A stretch of DNA of 64,000 nucleotides from Elsinoe ampelina (lineage: Eukaryota). The stretch covers positions 2,550,728 to 2,614,727 of the forward strand of contig ML992502.1 of the NCBI GenBank assembly GCA_010093995.1. Reading direction: 5' to 3'. Every line of letters begins with the position of its first letter. Position 1 is the stretch's first letter. Positions 38,559 through 50,078 of this stretch are shown one piece after another. The position numbers were made by a program, and so were the translations under genes. Below the pieces are notes generated by a model. It made no database searches. It was not told the DNA's origin and saw only the letters and a list, made by a program, of their open reading frames with translations.

Positions 38559-41500
38559 TCACTCTCCCTGCGCTCCGGCCCCTTCGACCTCCTCTGCGTC
38601 TCCCTCGTCAACCTCCATGATCCTGTCTTCCTCTTCATCGCTCTCGCCCTCATCCTCTTCGCCCTCCATGAAGTACCTCATATTGCCGTCGTCGTCCTCA
38701 AAGACCTCGCCGAACAGACTCATGATTTCCCTCTGACTCAGCTGTCTCAATGTCTTCTCGTTGGAGAACGCATCGATCTGCAACTGCTTCCTGTCTTTGA
38801 CCTCCGCGATCCTGTCATCGATTGTGTTGAACACCGAGAGCTGCAGGAGATGGGTCTCCTGGGTTTGTTTGATGCGGTAGCACCGCGCAAAGGCCTGTTC
38901 TTCGACGGCATTGTTCCACCAGGCGTCGACGACTATGACCTTGCTGGCGGCGGTCAAATTTAGACCGAGACCACCGCATTGCAGACTGCAGATCATGATC
39001 TTGAGATCATCCTCTGTCTCGAAGCGGTTGATGGCGCGGGTCCTGGCTTCTGGTGTCATGGCGCCGAAGAAGCGGACGCATTTCCATTCTTCGATGTCGC
39101 ACATGTTGGCGAGGATCTTGATCATAGTGGTCCATTGGGTGTAGACGATGATCTTTGAGCTGGGGTATTGCTCGAACCACTCGACGATTTGCGTCTTGAC
39201 GGCTTTCGTCTTGGCCGACGGGACCAGGTCGCCCTTGTCCATCCAGCTTACAATGCCCGCTGGTAGGTCAGTCTTTTTGATTCTACCACCGCTTGTCTTG
39301 CGGACCGTCTTCTTCAGAGTGACCAGCTTGGAGAACTCTTCGTTGTCGAATGGCACCACGAAGTTGTATTGGGCCTTGCATTTGCCGACGGCGCAGACGG
39401 CGCGGTCGAGACCATCTGAAGCAGCTTCGACTTGAAGGTCGACTAGGCATTGTTGGCAGTATATGTGGCAGCACTCCGTGATTTGGGGTGTTGTAGCCTT
39501 CTTTTTGCAGTATTCGCAATGTCCGAGAGCCGCACGGGTTACAATATCGTGATCTCTCTGTAGATTTTCGATCAGTTGGTTGAAATTGGTTCTCTGACCA
39601 TAGCGAGAACCCAGGTTTTCTTCTTGCGCGATACTACCAGTGCCCTCGGCTGCTGGCGGCGCAGGTGCGGCGCTATCGACGGCGTTCTTCCTGGTGCGCT
39701 TCTTGGTCTTGTAAGATGCTCTGAGCAATAGCTTGATCTTTGTCATCAGTGCTTTGCCCTCCTTCTTATCTTGAAGCATTACGCCGTGCTCGTCGATTGC
39801 AGCTCTCAGCTTTCGGAGGTCCTTGCGCTCCAGTAAATCGAGCATGGTACTCTGTATGAGAAGCGGATGGGCAGTGAGCTGGCGAAGCCTTGTGACCATC
39901 GCGAAGTAGCTGTTGTTGCGGCTGAACATAAGGCCGTGTGTCTTCATAGCTTCCTGCATCCTGCGTTTGAAGGCTGCTTCGATAATGTCGTAGATCTCTC
40001 TTTCGACCGGATTGAAATGACAGACCAGTTGCATCTGACTAGCCTGAGGAAGGGCTATAAGCCTTGCTCCAAACAAGCGGTCTCCGTGGCTTCTCCTCAG
40101 CATGCATTTGCCAAGTATGTTATTGAGGTCGGTAGTAGCTTGCTCGTCGGCTTTCAGGTATCTCGCTTTGAACATGTCGTATGATTCGAGGTCGGGCGTA
40201 CCGATGAAGTCGAGCAGTGACCAGATATCTTGAACACCATTGGTGAAGGGCGTCCCTGTCAAGCACCATCGATACTTGCCTACCAGCACGCGAACAGCTC
40301 TACTCTTTCTGGTGTCGGGGTTGCGCATCAGATGAGCTTCGTCAATGATGACTCGGCGGAAGTTCATACGGTGAAGGTGGCCCTTGTGCTTCTGGAAATA
40401 ATCGTCCCACCACTTTTGCCGTTCGTCGTGATCTGTCATCTCTTCGGGCGGTTCTTCGAGTGGAAAGCTCTTTGCTACTTCTTCGTAGGTGGTGATGATG
40501 ATGTCGTTCTTCGCCAGATCTCGAAGCGGATGCTTACGATCTCGCCATTCGCGATGCCGGTAGACCATATAGCCGCCAATGCCTCTTCTTGTGTCGTCTG
40601 TGTTGCAGTGAACGCCGATTTCTTCGTACCATTGGGTCGCGAGAGACGGTGTTACAACGACGAGGGTTGTTTTACCACCGAGACCAGCCGATGCTTTGTC
40701 AAAGTCTCTGGCCTTGCCTCTCACTACACTCGCCAGAGCTTCGACGGTCTTCCCAAGACCCATCATATCGGCAAGAATACCACCTTGCGGACCAGTCTTA
40801 CCCTCACGAGCATCTTTTTCTTTCAGCATCATGAACGCCGTACCAAGTACTTGGTGATTCTTGAGTGTGGACTTCATGCCCTTGATCTGCCACTCGCCAT
40901 TCGTGGCTCTCCTGATATTGGTATTGCCAAATACATTGCAAGCTCTGTTCAACATTCTTGCATCTCTGGTCGCGGCACCTTGGTCGACTTGATCGCCGAG
41001 ATGTGCAAACAGCTGCTCTGAGTTGCCTCTTCTGATTGCTGAAGCATCGAAGTCAGGCATATCAGGTACATCATCGAGATTTGCGATCTCAGAGAAGAGA
41101 CTTGTCGTCATGAGCTTCTGAACTGATGGTGCATTAGCCAGGTCAATCTTGTTGCCATGGCCTTTTGCTTTGCTCTTCTTCGACTTCTTTCGAGCAGTCT
41201 GCTCAGGCTCATTATCGCTATTTGCCATTTCGTTGGCATTGCGCTTCTTGGCACGAGGTAGCATATCAGCCTTAGCACCGACGATTATGATCTCTTCGTC
41301 ATCGTCGTCAGGTATAATGACGGTTTTGTTCTCGGGGAAATGCGTGAGGTCGATGATTGAGTCTCCAAGACAGATAACATCGTCGTCATCATCATCATCT
41401 GTAGGTTCTTGCTTGATTGTGGCATTGCTGATCTGACCAGATGCTTCGAGTTGATCGGCTGCTGCCCTCATAATGCGTAGGTGGTCTTCTTGTGATGCGA

Positions 41501-41621
41501 GTGGTTCATTGCCAGTTTTATTCGCTGGCTTGTTGAGAATCGAATGTCCCAAATCTGGGACCTTCATGTTGCTAGGTGTGTCCATGTTAAGCTCGAACAT
41601 GTCTGAGGTGACTGACGACAT
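38559..41621 (-). CDS. SNF2-family ATPase with RING finger (Rad5/Rad16/Uls1-like architecture), intronless, about 1020 aa
   Basis: LKNHQ, GGILADMMGLGKT, IIDEAH, WCLTGTP, RING CEYC...CCHIYCQQC...CAVGKC, SLQCGGLGLNL and QAFARCYRIKQ. ATG at 41621 in CACCATG context. Confidence 0.92.
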   Translation of the reverse strand: MSSVTSDMFELNMDTPSNMKVPDLGHSILNKPANKTGNEPLASQEDHLRIMRAAADQLEASGQISNATIKQEPTDDDDDDDVICLGDSIIDLTHFPENKTVIIPDDDDEEIIIVGAKADMLPRAKKRNANEMANSDNEPEQTARKKSKKSKAKGHGNKIDLANAPSVQKLMTTSLFSEIANLDDVPDMPDFDASAIRRGNSEQLFAHLGDQVDQGAATRDARMLNRACNVFGNTNIRRATNGEWQIKGMKSTLKNHQVLGTAFMMLKEKDAREGKTGPQGGILADMMGLGKTVEALASVVRGKARDFDKASAGLGGKTTLVVVTPSLATQWYEEIGVHCNTDDTRRGIGGYMVYRHREWRDRKHPLRDLAKNDIIITTYEEVAKSFPLEEPPEEMTDHDERQKWWDDYFQKHKGHLHRMNFRRVIIDEAHLMRNPDTRKSRAVRVLVGKYRWCLTGTPFTNGVQDIWSLLDFIGTPDLESYDMFKARYLKADEQATTDLNNILGKCMLRRSHGDRLFGARLIALPQASQMQLVCHFNPVEREIYDIIEAAFKRRMQEAMKTHGLMFSRNNSYFAMVTRLRQLTAHPLLIQSTMLDLLERKDLRKLRAAIDEHGVMLQDKKEGKALMTKIKLLLRASYKTKKRTRKNAVDSAAPAPPAAEGTGSIAQEENLGSRYGQRTNFNQLIENLQRDHDIVTRAALGHCEYCKKKATTPQITECCHIYCQQCLVDLQVEAASDGLDRAVCAVGKCKAQYNFVVPFDNEEFSKLVTLKKTVRKTSGGRIKKTDLPAGIVSWMDKGDLVPSAKTKAVKTQIVEWFEQYPSSKIIVYTQWTTMIKILANMCDIEEWKCVRFFGAMTPEARTRAINRFETEDDLKIMICSLQCGGLGLNLTAASKVIVVDAWWNNAVEEQAFARCYRIKQTQETHLLQLSVFNTIDDRIAEVKDRKQLQIDAFSNEKTLRQLSQREIMSLFGEVFEDDDGNMRYFMEGEEDEGESDEEEDRIMEVDEGDAEEVEGAGAQGE

Positions 41622-42053
41622 GGTGAAGCTAATATGAGGTGTCAGAACTGAGGTGTCAGAATAATGACTGTAAAAAGAACAAGTAATGAGAAGAACCTTA
41701 CGAACGCACAAGGTGTGCTGAGAATATAGAGTGCTGTTTGAACTGTTAGAGAAATGTTCTTTGAAGAAAGTGTGATGTTGAGCATATGATATCAGGTTGT
41801 ACAATGTGTGCGAGCTATTGAGGGAAGACTTACTGTTGTGGTAGTACGTGAAGATGTAAAGATGCAGCGCAGTCGAGGTCAATATATAAATATTCTGCTC
41901 GCCACGTGCCCTGTTACAGTTCCTGAAATGGTTTCAGGTGCAGGAACGGTCATTATTTACCAGACCCGTGATTTCAACAATTCCTATGTTGTTATGCTAT
42001 ACTGCGTATTAGTTTCCACCAAGTAATGGAGTTCCCTCCAATGCATCGGCTCT

Positions 42054-44739
42054 TCAAGCTTTTGCGTGGCCATTGACCGTTCCATTTGAGGTCTTCTTCT
42101 CCTTCTCCCCCTCCTCGCCATCCTTCAACTTCCAAGACGTAGTGATAGCCCCCTTGTGCTTCCTCGTCGCCAACACCCACTCCCTATACCCCCAAGCCGC
42201 CGCGATCGCCGCACCAGGCCCAACAACCACCATCCCAACACCCAGCAACAAAACCAAACTCGCCCAACTCTCCTTGACCATGCCCGCAGCCTTGAGATCC
42301 CAAAAGCTATGCAACACCCAGAGCACCACATTCCCCACACTGAAAACCTCATCCCATTGCAACCAAACCCTCATAACACCCTCAAACCCCTCCTGACTCC
42401 CCGGCAATCCCACCGGCAGGAACACCTCTCTCAACGAAAACTCCATCGTAGCAACGGTCCAAACCCACGTCCCGGCCGACATCACCGCCAGACTCCCCAC
42501 CGTCCACGCAATACACTCCAAATCCCTCAACGGCGCCCTCAACCTATCCTCCCTGACCGTATCCCTCGCCACCGTATGCGCAAGCACCCACTGCACCACC
42601 CCGACATTCACAGGATAAACCTGCCAGACCCAATTCCACCAATGCCTCTGCTCGCCCGCGGGCGCGAAAAACTGGAGCCAGTTCGGCGCGATGGCCCCGA
42701 TCATCATGGCGGGCAAGACGGTGGACGTCCACTTCATGCTCGTCAACCGCATGTCCCTCGCTTTGAAGTTCTGGATCTGGGACGTCGTCCAGAACAGCGC
42801 GAGGAAGACGCTGCTCGCGAGGCCGAAGCCGGCGAGTTGGCCGCCTAGACCGAGGAGGCAGGGGAGGAGCGCGATGGTGAAGGCGTTGGAGCGCCGGCTG
42901 GATTCGATGAGGAGGAGGGCGTAGATGACGCTGAGATCGGAGATGAAGAGGAGGGTTTGGATGCGGGAGAGCGGGTCGGTGCCGAGGATGGAGGGGAGGA
43001 AGGCGGCGGTTGCGGGGAGGAGGGTGGCGTCTAGAGTGCGGAGGAAGGGGAAGAAGGAGGGGAGGAGGGAGAGGGTGGTGTTGGTTTGGGGGTGGTGGTA
43101 GTGTCGAGTCTCGGAGATGGGGAGGAGTGAAGGGAGGATGGAGTCTGGGGTGATGATGCGGGAGGCGAGGTAGAAGGAGATGAAGAAGGGGAGGCAGAGG
43201 AGGAGGCGGGTGAGGCGCCATTCTCGTGTTTTCCCACCTTGAGAGGGATTAAAGCTGGCGGTGCCTTGGAGCGAGCGGTGAGGAGGTGGCAGGAAGTTGA
43301 GCATCGGCACGTTGACGACGCCCTCGAGTTGAAGATCTTGAGGAAGATCGCCCGACTGTGCGAGCAGGTAGGTCGCTACCCATCTGTGAAGGAACGTCTT
43401 GGAGGCTTGCATCCTTGTGACGAAATTGGCCTGCTTTCCTTGATCCTGGACGGGTTGTTTCCTGATGTCCTGGAACTCCTGGAAAGCGTGCTGTATCTGT
43501 GCTTCCGAAGGCCGATCTGTTCCACGCTGCTTGTCCATAGATTGCAGGGCGTTGGCAAGTGCTGCTGCGCTGAGGATTGCATCGTTGCCACCGACGCCAG
43601 CATTGGGAGTGACTTTGTGGATGGAATCGCCCATACATACTATGCGGCGGTAGAACCACTTCTCGTGTTGTGCTTCCTCCAGAGGTACCAGAGTATACGA
43701 AACGCTCGATTTGTACGTGTCGTCCAGAGTCACACTGCCGTGTGGTTCCATGTTGATGTGCTTGGTATCCTCCATGAACTGCTTCGCATCTTCCGTGGTG
43801 TACTTTGGAATCTCATCATGCTTGTACACCCGGTCGAGCTTTCTGAAGACGAACCAAAATGACCTACCAGGCTCCATCACAATGTTCATGGTAGACATGT
43901 GCTTCTCGTAAGTAATGTCCAATCTGCCAGCCTCGTCCAGACCCTCGACACTTTTTGAAATGCCGAACAAGCACTGATACTCAGCAGACATACCTGCGCC
44001 CGTCAGTAAAATACACATCCTGTGCCTAGGGAACCTACCCGTCTCGTCCTTCTCCTCGAAATACCCCGGATGACCCTCATCACCAATCCGCCACATCTCC
44101 TTCCTCGTCACGCTATTCACCCCATCTGCACCCACTACCACATCCCCCGTGTACCTCTGTTCATCCGTACATACCACCTCCACCCCCTCTTCCATCTGCA
44201 AAACCTCCTTGATCCTCTTACCCAGCACCACCTTCTCCTTATCCCTTAAATTCTCATACATCGCCCTCAAGACCTTCTGCCTCTCTGTGAAAATCGGAGC
44301 ATACCCGGTCCTGCCACCTGTCAGCCTGATCTCTTCCATCTCACTGCCCTTTTCCGGTCCCTCCCTCTCCCCCCTTCCTGCTGACCACTCACCTAACAGC
44401 CATCAACCCGGGCCCATCATTCCTCCACTTCTCCCTCCCTTTCCCCCCGCCCTTCGGTCCCACATACCCCCCATCAGCATGATGCTGCACCACGGTATGA
44501 AACGGCGCCACGCCCGAGGAGATCTCATCCCAACATCCCAATTGGTCCAGAACGCGGGCGCCGGGCGGGTTGATGGCGATGGAGGCGCCCACTTGGGGGG
44601 CGATGGCGTCGCGGCCTTCGAGGAGGGTGTAGGGGATTGCGGCGCGCTCGAGGGCGTTGGCGAGAGTTAGGCCGGAGATGCCGCCGCCTATGATCAGGAT
44701 GTGGAGGGTGGGGGTGGGGGGGTCAGAGGGGTTGGTCAT
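42054..44739 (-). CDS. FAD-dependent monooxygenase (PaxM/CtvC-like epoxidase family) fused to a C-terminal multi-pass membrane domain; exons 44739-44393, 44310-44039, 43993-42054
   Basis: IIGGGISGL, APQVGASI, VVGADGVNS and GDSIHKVTPNAGVGGN, followed by about 400 aa with several TMs (IESSRRSN, WVWQVYP, LQWDE, GPGAAIAAAWGYRE). The second intron is a 45-nt in-frame GTAGGT...ACTGAC...CAG. Confidence 0.88.
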
Positions 44740-45489
44740 GATGGTGGGCGGAGAGATGGTTGGAATTTAGAACGAGAAGGGGAGGAGGAGGTGATGGGTA
44801 GAGGTGCTGGGTAGAGATTCCTCGAGAGAGCGAAGAGGAAGGTCTGTGGAAAGTTGGACTTGGGAGCTCAGAAGTGTTGGTATAGTGTCATGCTGACTGT
44901 GTCCTTGATGGCTCTCCCGTCCGTGAGATGGAACCAACACATGTGATGGGCGGGTCACCTGAAAAATTGCAGCGAACCAAACGCCCTTTAGGGCCGTCAC
45001 GATGCGAGCAGGCTATAAGGACCCTTGACGATCTGTAGCGCGACCGAGAGCTTGACTGATCAGCAAGCACATGTCAGCCGTCCCGTATGCTTGATTGACC
45101 ACCCGTGCTATTCCGTCCTCGATTCTAGTGCAATCTTACCGTAAGAGCCGCATGAATGGAGTATCTCGATGCCTTTTTGGCGTGTATTGGGTATGCTGTC
45201 GCTACCACAAGTGGAGTAAGAGATCGTAGGAGCAAAAGTTGTTGGATAGAAGACCTGTCAGCGCTAGCCCGAAGAGGCAATCATTCGTATCTACAGCTTC
45301 AAGACAAGCTCGGACAACGGATACAATTGAAGAGACCAGATGTGGCAGCGAGATGAGTATACAGTATCGTACATTGTTGACAGAGATGTCCCTCTATGTT
45401 ACACTATATCCGGCCATCTGGCCATCTATACACTTTTTACACCATGCATAACGCCGCGCTTGGTCTCCTTCTTATGCCCGTCGCCATGC

Positions 45490-48400
45490 CTAATGGAAGA
45501 AATACTTGCTCTCTCTCAGCGTCCGTACATCGAATGCACCTTTTTGCGGAACGTCCGGGAAAGTCAACGGCAGCCATATGTTACTCTTCCTCTTGGTAGT
45601 GGTGGGCTTCTTTGTTACCCTCATGCCCAGCATCTGTGCCCTCAATTGCCCCTCGGTGAGCTTAGCCTCATTCTGACGTTCTTCTGCATCGCTCTCTGCT
45701 TCGAACAACTGTAGCTCCTCTGCTGAAGCAGCGTCCTCGGCTTGCACGTCAAGAGCCTCGTTGGTGTCGGCTTCGGTTTCGGCATCGACATTGACCTCTC
45801 CCTCGGGAGCAGAACCAAGTCTTTGGCTAGCCAGTCCTGTGGGGAGGATGAGAGCATCCCATGCACCCTCTTCTTCAAAAATCCTCGCGGGTGTCATCAT
45901 CTCTTCACCCTTTTTCCTCTCGACTTCGTCCTTGCTTGCCAGCAGCCTCAATCTCTCATGCTCGATCACTAGCTCTCGTTCTGCTAAGCCCAAACCCTTG
46001 TACGCCTTCATCGAAGCTGATCCGGCGCCTTTGCGCCATGCAGAGATCTTCTTGCCGGCGGGCGATGCGGCATCAATGCATGCTTGATACATGCATCCTT
46101 TGTATCTCGCCTCAAACTCCTCCTTAAGCCGACCAATGATGTCTTCTCGATGCATGTGGACAAAGGCATCACGCAAGAGCTCACTCAGCTCATCGCGATC
46201 GCATGCATGCGTCCAGAATGAATCGTGAATAGAAGCGAAAGTAATGCCTTTCTCCTCGCATTTGATGGCCGAAAGCATCATGTGTGTGGCATCAAGTGAA
46301 TGAATGAAATTAGGCGGGAAGCCTTGGAGCTGCTTTCGTCGGTGAACCGGATCCCATGACTCGGGCTCAGTGATAGAGACATGTGACACGGCAGTTTTTA
46401 GTATCTTCGCTGGCGCATCGCGATATGGCTGGACAACCGGAAATTGTAGAGGAGTCGTCCAGATGACGGTCGATCTGAAAGAGTAGTTCGGTCGATTTTT
46501 TCTCACTTTGCCTGCCTTGGAAGTCTTGGTTTTACCTAGTCGAATCGATTCGATCTGTTCAGGTGTCACACTGGTGGCGATGCGATCAGCGCACCGGCCC
46601 AACCATTCTTGAATAGCTTGGGCTCCCCTGAACATCTCGCCAAGTGACCCGAAGATCTTGCGGGCAATGTAAGAGGCAAGTGTTTGATGGTTGATGAGGT
46701 CTCCAGACTTGATCTCGGGAAAAATATCTTCGATCTGCTTCTTCACTTGCGCCTTTGCACCAAAGAAGGAGACACCATAAACGTTGGTCATGACTGGTTG
46801 CTTGACGACCTTACGGGTGATGCGACCATCTAGGATCTTGGCGATTGGGTTGCCAAGTGCGAGATCTTCCTTGATCGAGGATATGACTCCTTCGGCGACT
46901 GCAGTGTAGACATCGCTTGGTCGATCACCTGGTATCAGGTTGACTTGACGGGCTCCAGCTTCGTCACCTCCAAGAGCAGCATAATGTTGAAGTCCGTTGC
47001 AGGTACCGTCTTGGTGAATCGGGAGATGGCTGCGATACTTGGTCGGATCGGGACATTCCAGAGCGTGCTTCAACTCGTAGCAAGCAGCTAGGGTCTGCCA
47101 CGCGTCTTCAGACTTACGCCACCATTGTCGGCCCGTGAGGGGGTTGTTGGCCGAATCATAGACATCGTCAAGGTGATCCATGACGAATTGTTCACGCTCG
47201 GAGAAGCTAGCCTTGTCGTATCCGAAGACGTTTGCCAGGTGTATCTTCAACCACCTCAACCCACGCTCGCCAAGCTCTTTACCTTCAGCAAAGGTAAGAA
47301 GACCACGAACATTATCTGCATTCATGTGATTGAGATAGACACTCATCGGGTATGCTCTGCCGCGGAAATCGACGTTGTGTGGGAAGTACATTCGGTCGTA
47401 TCGGAAGGATCGAGCGATCTCGAGCTGCAGGTTCTGATGACAACGCTGTGAGTGAAGTCCGGTCTTCTTGTTCTCGATTTCTTGCATCTCGGCAAGCCAT
47501 TTCGTGCGGACGTTTGGATCACCTGTCGAAGAGGGTTCCGGCGGCACATCAAATTTGGGGTCCAGAGGAGCAAAGTTGCCTATTGGCTCTCCGGAATTCC
47601 AAGCGTCGATTTGGACGCGCAGCACGTCGTCGTTGATATGCCAGGCAGTTTTCCCGAGAGCAGTGATGGCGGAAAAGACATTTTTCATGTGACCTCTTCG
47701 AGCAGCCGCTTTCACATATTCTTTCGGTGTCTTGTCATTGGCTGGAACACGCACAAAGTCAGTAATGTAGTGAAGGTAGCCGCCAGATTTGTAGTCTGTC
47801 CATGGAAGGGGCTCGACCAGCATAGGTAGTTTCTTGCAGATCACACCACCAATGGGCTCCTTGCGGATCTTCTCCTGCAGCTCCGGACACGCTGCCACAA
47901 GGTTCTGTCGCTTTCCTTTCATGTAAAGCATCTTGTGGGAAAAAGCCGGTCTCAATCTCGTGATTGACTGCTTCGTCCGGGGATGTTCTCGGGTAATGGG
48001 CATCTTGGCGATTTCGACGAATTTGGAGATGAGCATAGCCCCAATCCTCATCTTGATCTGTAGCGGCCACTCAGTATGTCTGGCGAGGTCTGTTTTCGAA
48101 GGCCGGATGAAAGCGCGGCCTTGCGATGAATTCGTCTTGCCATTCTTCCTCTTTTGTGCCTGAGACTTTGCGCGGTCTTTCCGTACCATTTCCGCCACGA
48201 CCTCTGATTCGATTTGCGAGCCAAGATTCTTTGCGATGTCGGTTAGTCTGACGCTATTTCTGTACTCATCGGTGCGTTGGTCCTTTTCGCGCGCCAGCAT
48301 TGACATGAGAGATATGACGGTGATGACTGCGAGCTTCTGAGGTGGGAGTTGCTCCAGATAAGCGCCAGCATAATCCGCGTCCTCACGAGGTGACCCTGAT

Positions 48401-49650
48401 CTTGACCCAACGGGGCTATGAGCCATACGCTCCTTCGCGTCGGCAACTTCTTTCTCAAGAAGCGGAACCAGGTCAAATTGCCACCTCCACATCATCGCAT
48501 TGATGCTCCGATTGCTGAGGGCGCTGTTGATGCCAACAGATTGAAGCTGCTCTTCTTCAGCCTTCCATCGTTTTACTGCAGCTTCCGACGCTGTGTCTTC
48601 TAATAGCTTCTCACGTTCCGTATTGCGAAGAAGAGCAGCTTCTGGATCGACAAGCTGAATATCCTCGTCTTCGAGTCGTCGTTGTGCATAGTGCTCCTCC
48701 TGGACTGTGAGAGTTTCTTTGAGCGACACCAGACTGACGCCTCTCTGCTCAACCTGGAGTATGTGTGGCACGTCTTCCTGCCTCAGCTTGTGTTCGACAG
48801 CTTTTTCACTTCGCGCGTCTGTCAAAGCTTCGCCGACTGCGGATGGGTCGATGATTGGGGTGTCGTGCAGGACGGACTGAAGCGCGTTGTACTCACTGTC
48901 GGTCCATATGTCATTTGCTTCAAGATCGTCGGAAGATAGACGAGACTGTTCAGCAAACCGTTTGACCTGTGCTCTTTGATCAGCCTCGTCGGGTAGAGCA
49001 AGCGCAGCTCGCATGACTATCATGCTCGCATACGCCGGTCGTTTTGTGCGATCAAGATGGTGTCTCTCATAATGGTCTGCCATTTGTTGGAACCGTTCTT
49101 TCGGCTCTTGATATTCAGGACTGTGGAGAAAGGCCTCGAGGTATGTCTCGTGAGCATGCAACACATCTGCCTCGGCCACATCGGGCAGCGTGATCAGCCT
49201 CTTGATAATTTGCTGCGCACGATCAAATCGTCCGACTCTTAGACAGGCGTACAGATTCTGTAGAAGATCGTGACTGTTGTTACCCAGAGCGCTTCTTCTT
49301 GACGTGGTCTGCGGAGTTTCTTCGATGGGCAGAATCAGCAAATCATTGGTAGATGGGGTATCGAAGGACCATTTGTTGGTCACGGGAGGGTAGTTGAATG
49401 GCTCGTATGCGCTTGGTGTAGCGAATTCGGCATGTCCGGCGACACTCGCAAGGTTGCGAACATGTGGTACTTTCGCGTCATGGTGGTTGGTACTGCTATT
49501 GCGCGGAGATCTCGAGGGTGAATTTGTATGCGTAGTACTCCATCGTAACCGTGCTGGCCAGAGGAACGGTAGATGAATCTGTTGAAGGTCTGTGGCAAGA
49601 CTGGTCGAGGGTTTTCGATGTGGTCTTCGACCAGCAGCTCGAAGAAGCAT
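45490..49650 (-). CDS. RPO41: Mitochondrial DNA-directed RNA polymerase (single-subunit, T7-like)
   Basis: Arg-rich presequence, PHNVDFRGRAYP, PIHQDGTCNGLQHYAALG, RKVVKQPVMTNVYG, FPPNFIHSLDATHM, SIHDSFWTH and terminal YFFH. Confidence 0.97.
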   Translation of the reverse strand: MLLRAAGRRPHRKPSTSLATDLQQIHLPFLWPARLRWSTTHTNSPSRSPRNSSTNHHDAKVPHVRNLASVAGHAEFATPSAYEPFNYPPVTNKWSFDTPSTNDLLILPIEETPQTTSRRSALGNNSHDLLQNLYACLRVGRFDRAQQIIKRLITLPDVAEADVLHAHETYLEAFLHSPEYQEPKERFQQMADHYERHHLDRTKRPAYASMIVMRAALALPDEADQRAQVKRFAEQSRLSSDDLEANDIWTDSEYNALQSVLHDTPIIDPSAVGEALTDARSEKAVEHKLRQEDVPHILQVEQRGVSLVSLKETLTVQEEHYAQRRLEDEDIQLVDPEAALLRNTEREKLLEDTASEAAVKRWKAEEEQLQSVGINSALSNRSINAMMWRWQFDLVPLLEKEVADAKERMAHSPVGSRSGSPREDADYAGAYLEQLPPQKLAVITVISLMSMLAREKDQRTDEYRNSVRLTDIAKNLGSQIESEVVAEMVRKDRAKSQAQKRKNGKTNSSQGRAFIRPSKTDLARHTEWPLQIKMRIGAMLISKFVEIAKMPITREHPRTKQSITRLRPAFSHKMLYMKGKRQNLVAACPELQEKIRKEPIGGVICKKLPMLVEPLPWTDYKSGGYLHYITDFVRVPANDKTPKEYVKAAARRGHMKNVFSAITALGKTAWHINDDVLRVQIDAWNSGEPIGNFAPLDPKFDVPPEPSSTGDPNVRTKWLAEMQEIENKKTGLHSQRCHQNLQLEIARSFRYDRMYFPHNVDFRGRAYPMSVYLNHMNADNVRGLLTFAEGKELGERGLRWLKIHLANVFGYDKASFSEREQFVMDHLDDVYDSANNPLTGRQWWRKSEDAWQTLAACYELKHALECPDPTKYRSHLPIHQDGTCNGLQHYAALGGDEAGARQVNLIPGDRPSDVYTAVAEGVISSIKEDLALGNPIAKILDGRITRKVVKQPVMTNVYGVSFFGAKAQVKKQIEDIFPEIKSGDLINHQTLASYIARKIFGSLGEMFRGAQAIQEWLGRCADRIATSVTPEQIESIRLGKTKTSKAGKVRKNRPNYSFRSTVIWTTPLQFPVVQPYRDAPAKILKTAVSHVSITEPESWDPVHRRKQLQGFPPNFIHSLDATHMMLSAIKCEEKGITFASIHDSFWTHACDRDELSELLRDAFVHMHREDIIGRLKEEFEARYKGCMYQACIDAASPAGKKISAWRKGAGSASMKAYKGLGLAERELVIEHERLRLLASKDEVERKKGEEMMTPARIFEEEGAWDALILPTGLASQRLGSAPEGEVNVDAETEADTNEALDVQAEDAASAEELQLFEAESDAEERQNEAKLTEGQLRAQMLGMRVTKKPTTTKRKSNIWLPLTFPDVPQKGAFDVRTLRESKYFFH

Positions 49651-50078
49651 CTAGGCCACGTTTGCTGGAAATGCCGATATGATAGACATGCAAGCCGATG
49701 ATGCGCCTGATATGAGCGAGTGACGACGGGCGAGGGTCACAATGGGATGGTCTTGGGTAAGAAACTGGTGTCGTGTGCTCGAAGAAGATGGACGATCGAG
49801 CAAAAAAGTTTCCATGTCGTAGCTCCGAGATCTAGCCTTGGCACAATTTGCGGAAGGGAAGGTCTGGCCGAACGCGATTGCCACTCCTCGTGAGGTCACA
49901 CGGCATTATTCATACTACATGGCAATTTGAAAGCAGATGAAACGTTCAAGTCGCAGACCTCTGTGCATTTTCGAGCTCATGACGCTTCGCAGGTCCATTC
50001 GGAGGCCTCGTTTCAGGCATCCTAGGCAATGTCTTCATGTCACGACTCCGATTTCCCTTGCGACTTTGGCAGCAATTT

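Noticed and set aside
41622..41882. 87-codon N-terminal extension of the SNF2 ORF; similar extensions at 2097, 22638, 31935 and 58640
   Set aside because: These begin at TTG/GTG, look like 5' UTR or intron sequence, and better ATG starts or splice models exist.
45490..49650. Phage or linear-plasmid origin of the T7-like RNA polymerase
   Set aside because: It has a mitochondrial presequence and long N-terminal extension and sits among housekeeping genes; it is the normal nuclear RPO41.
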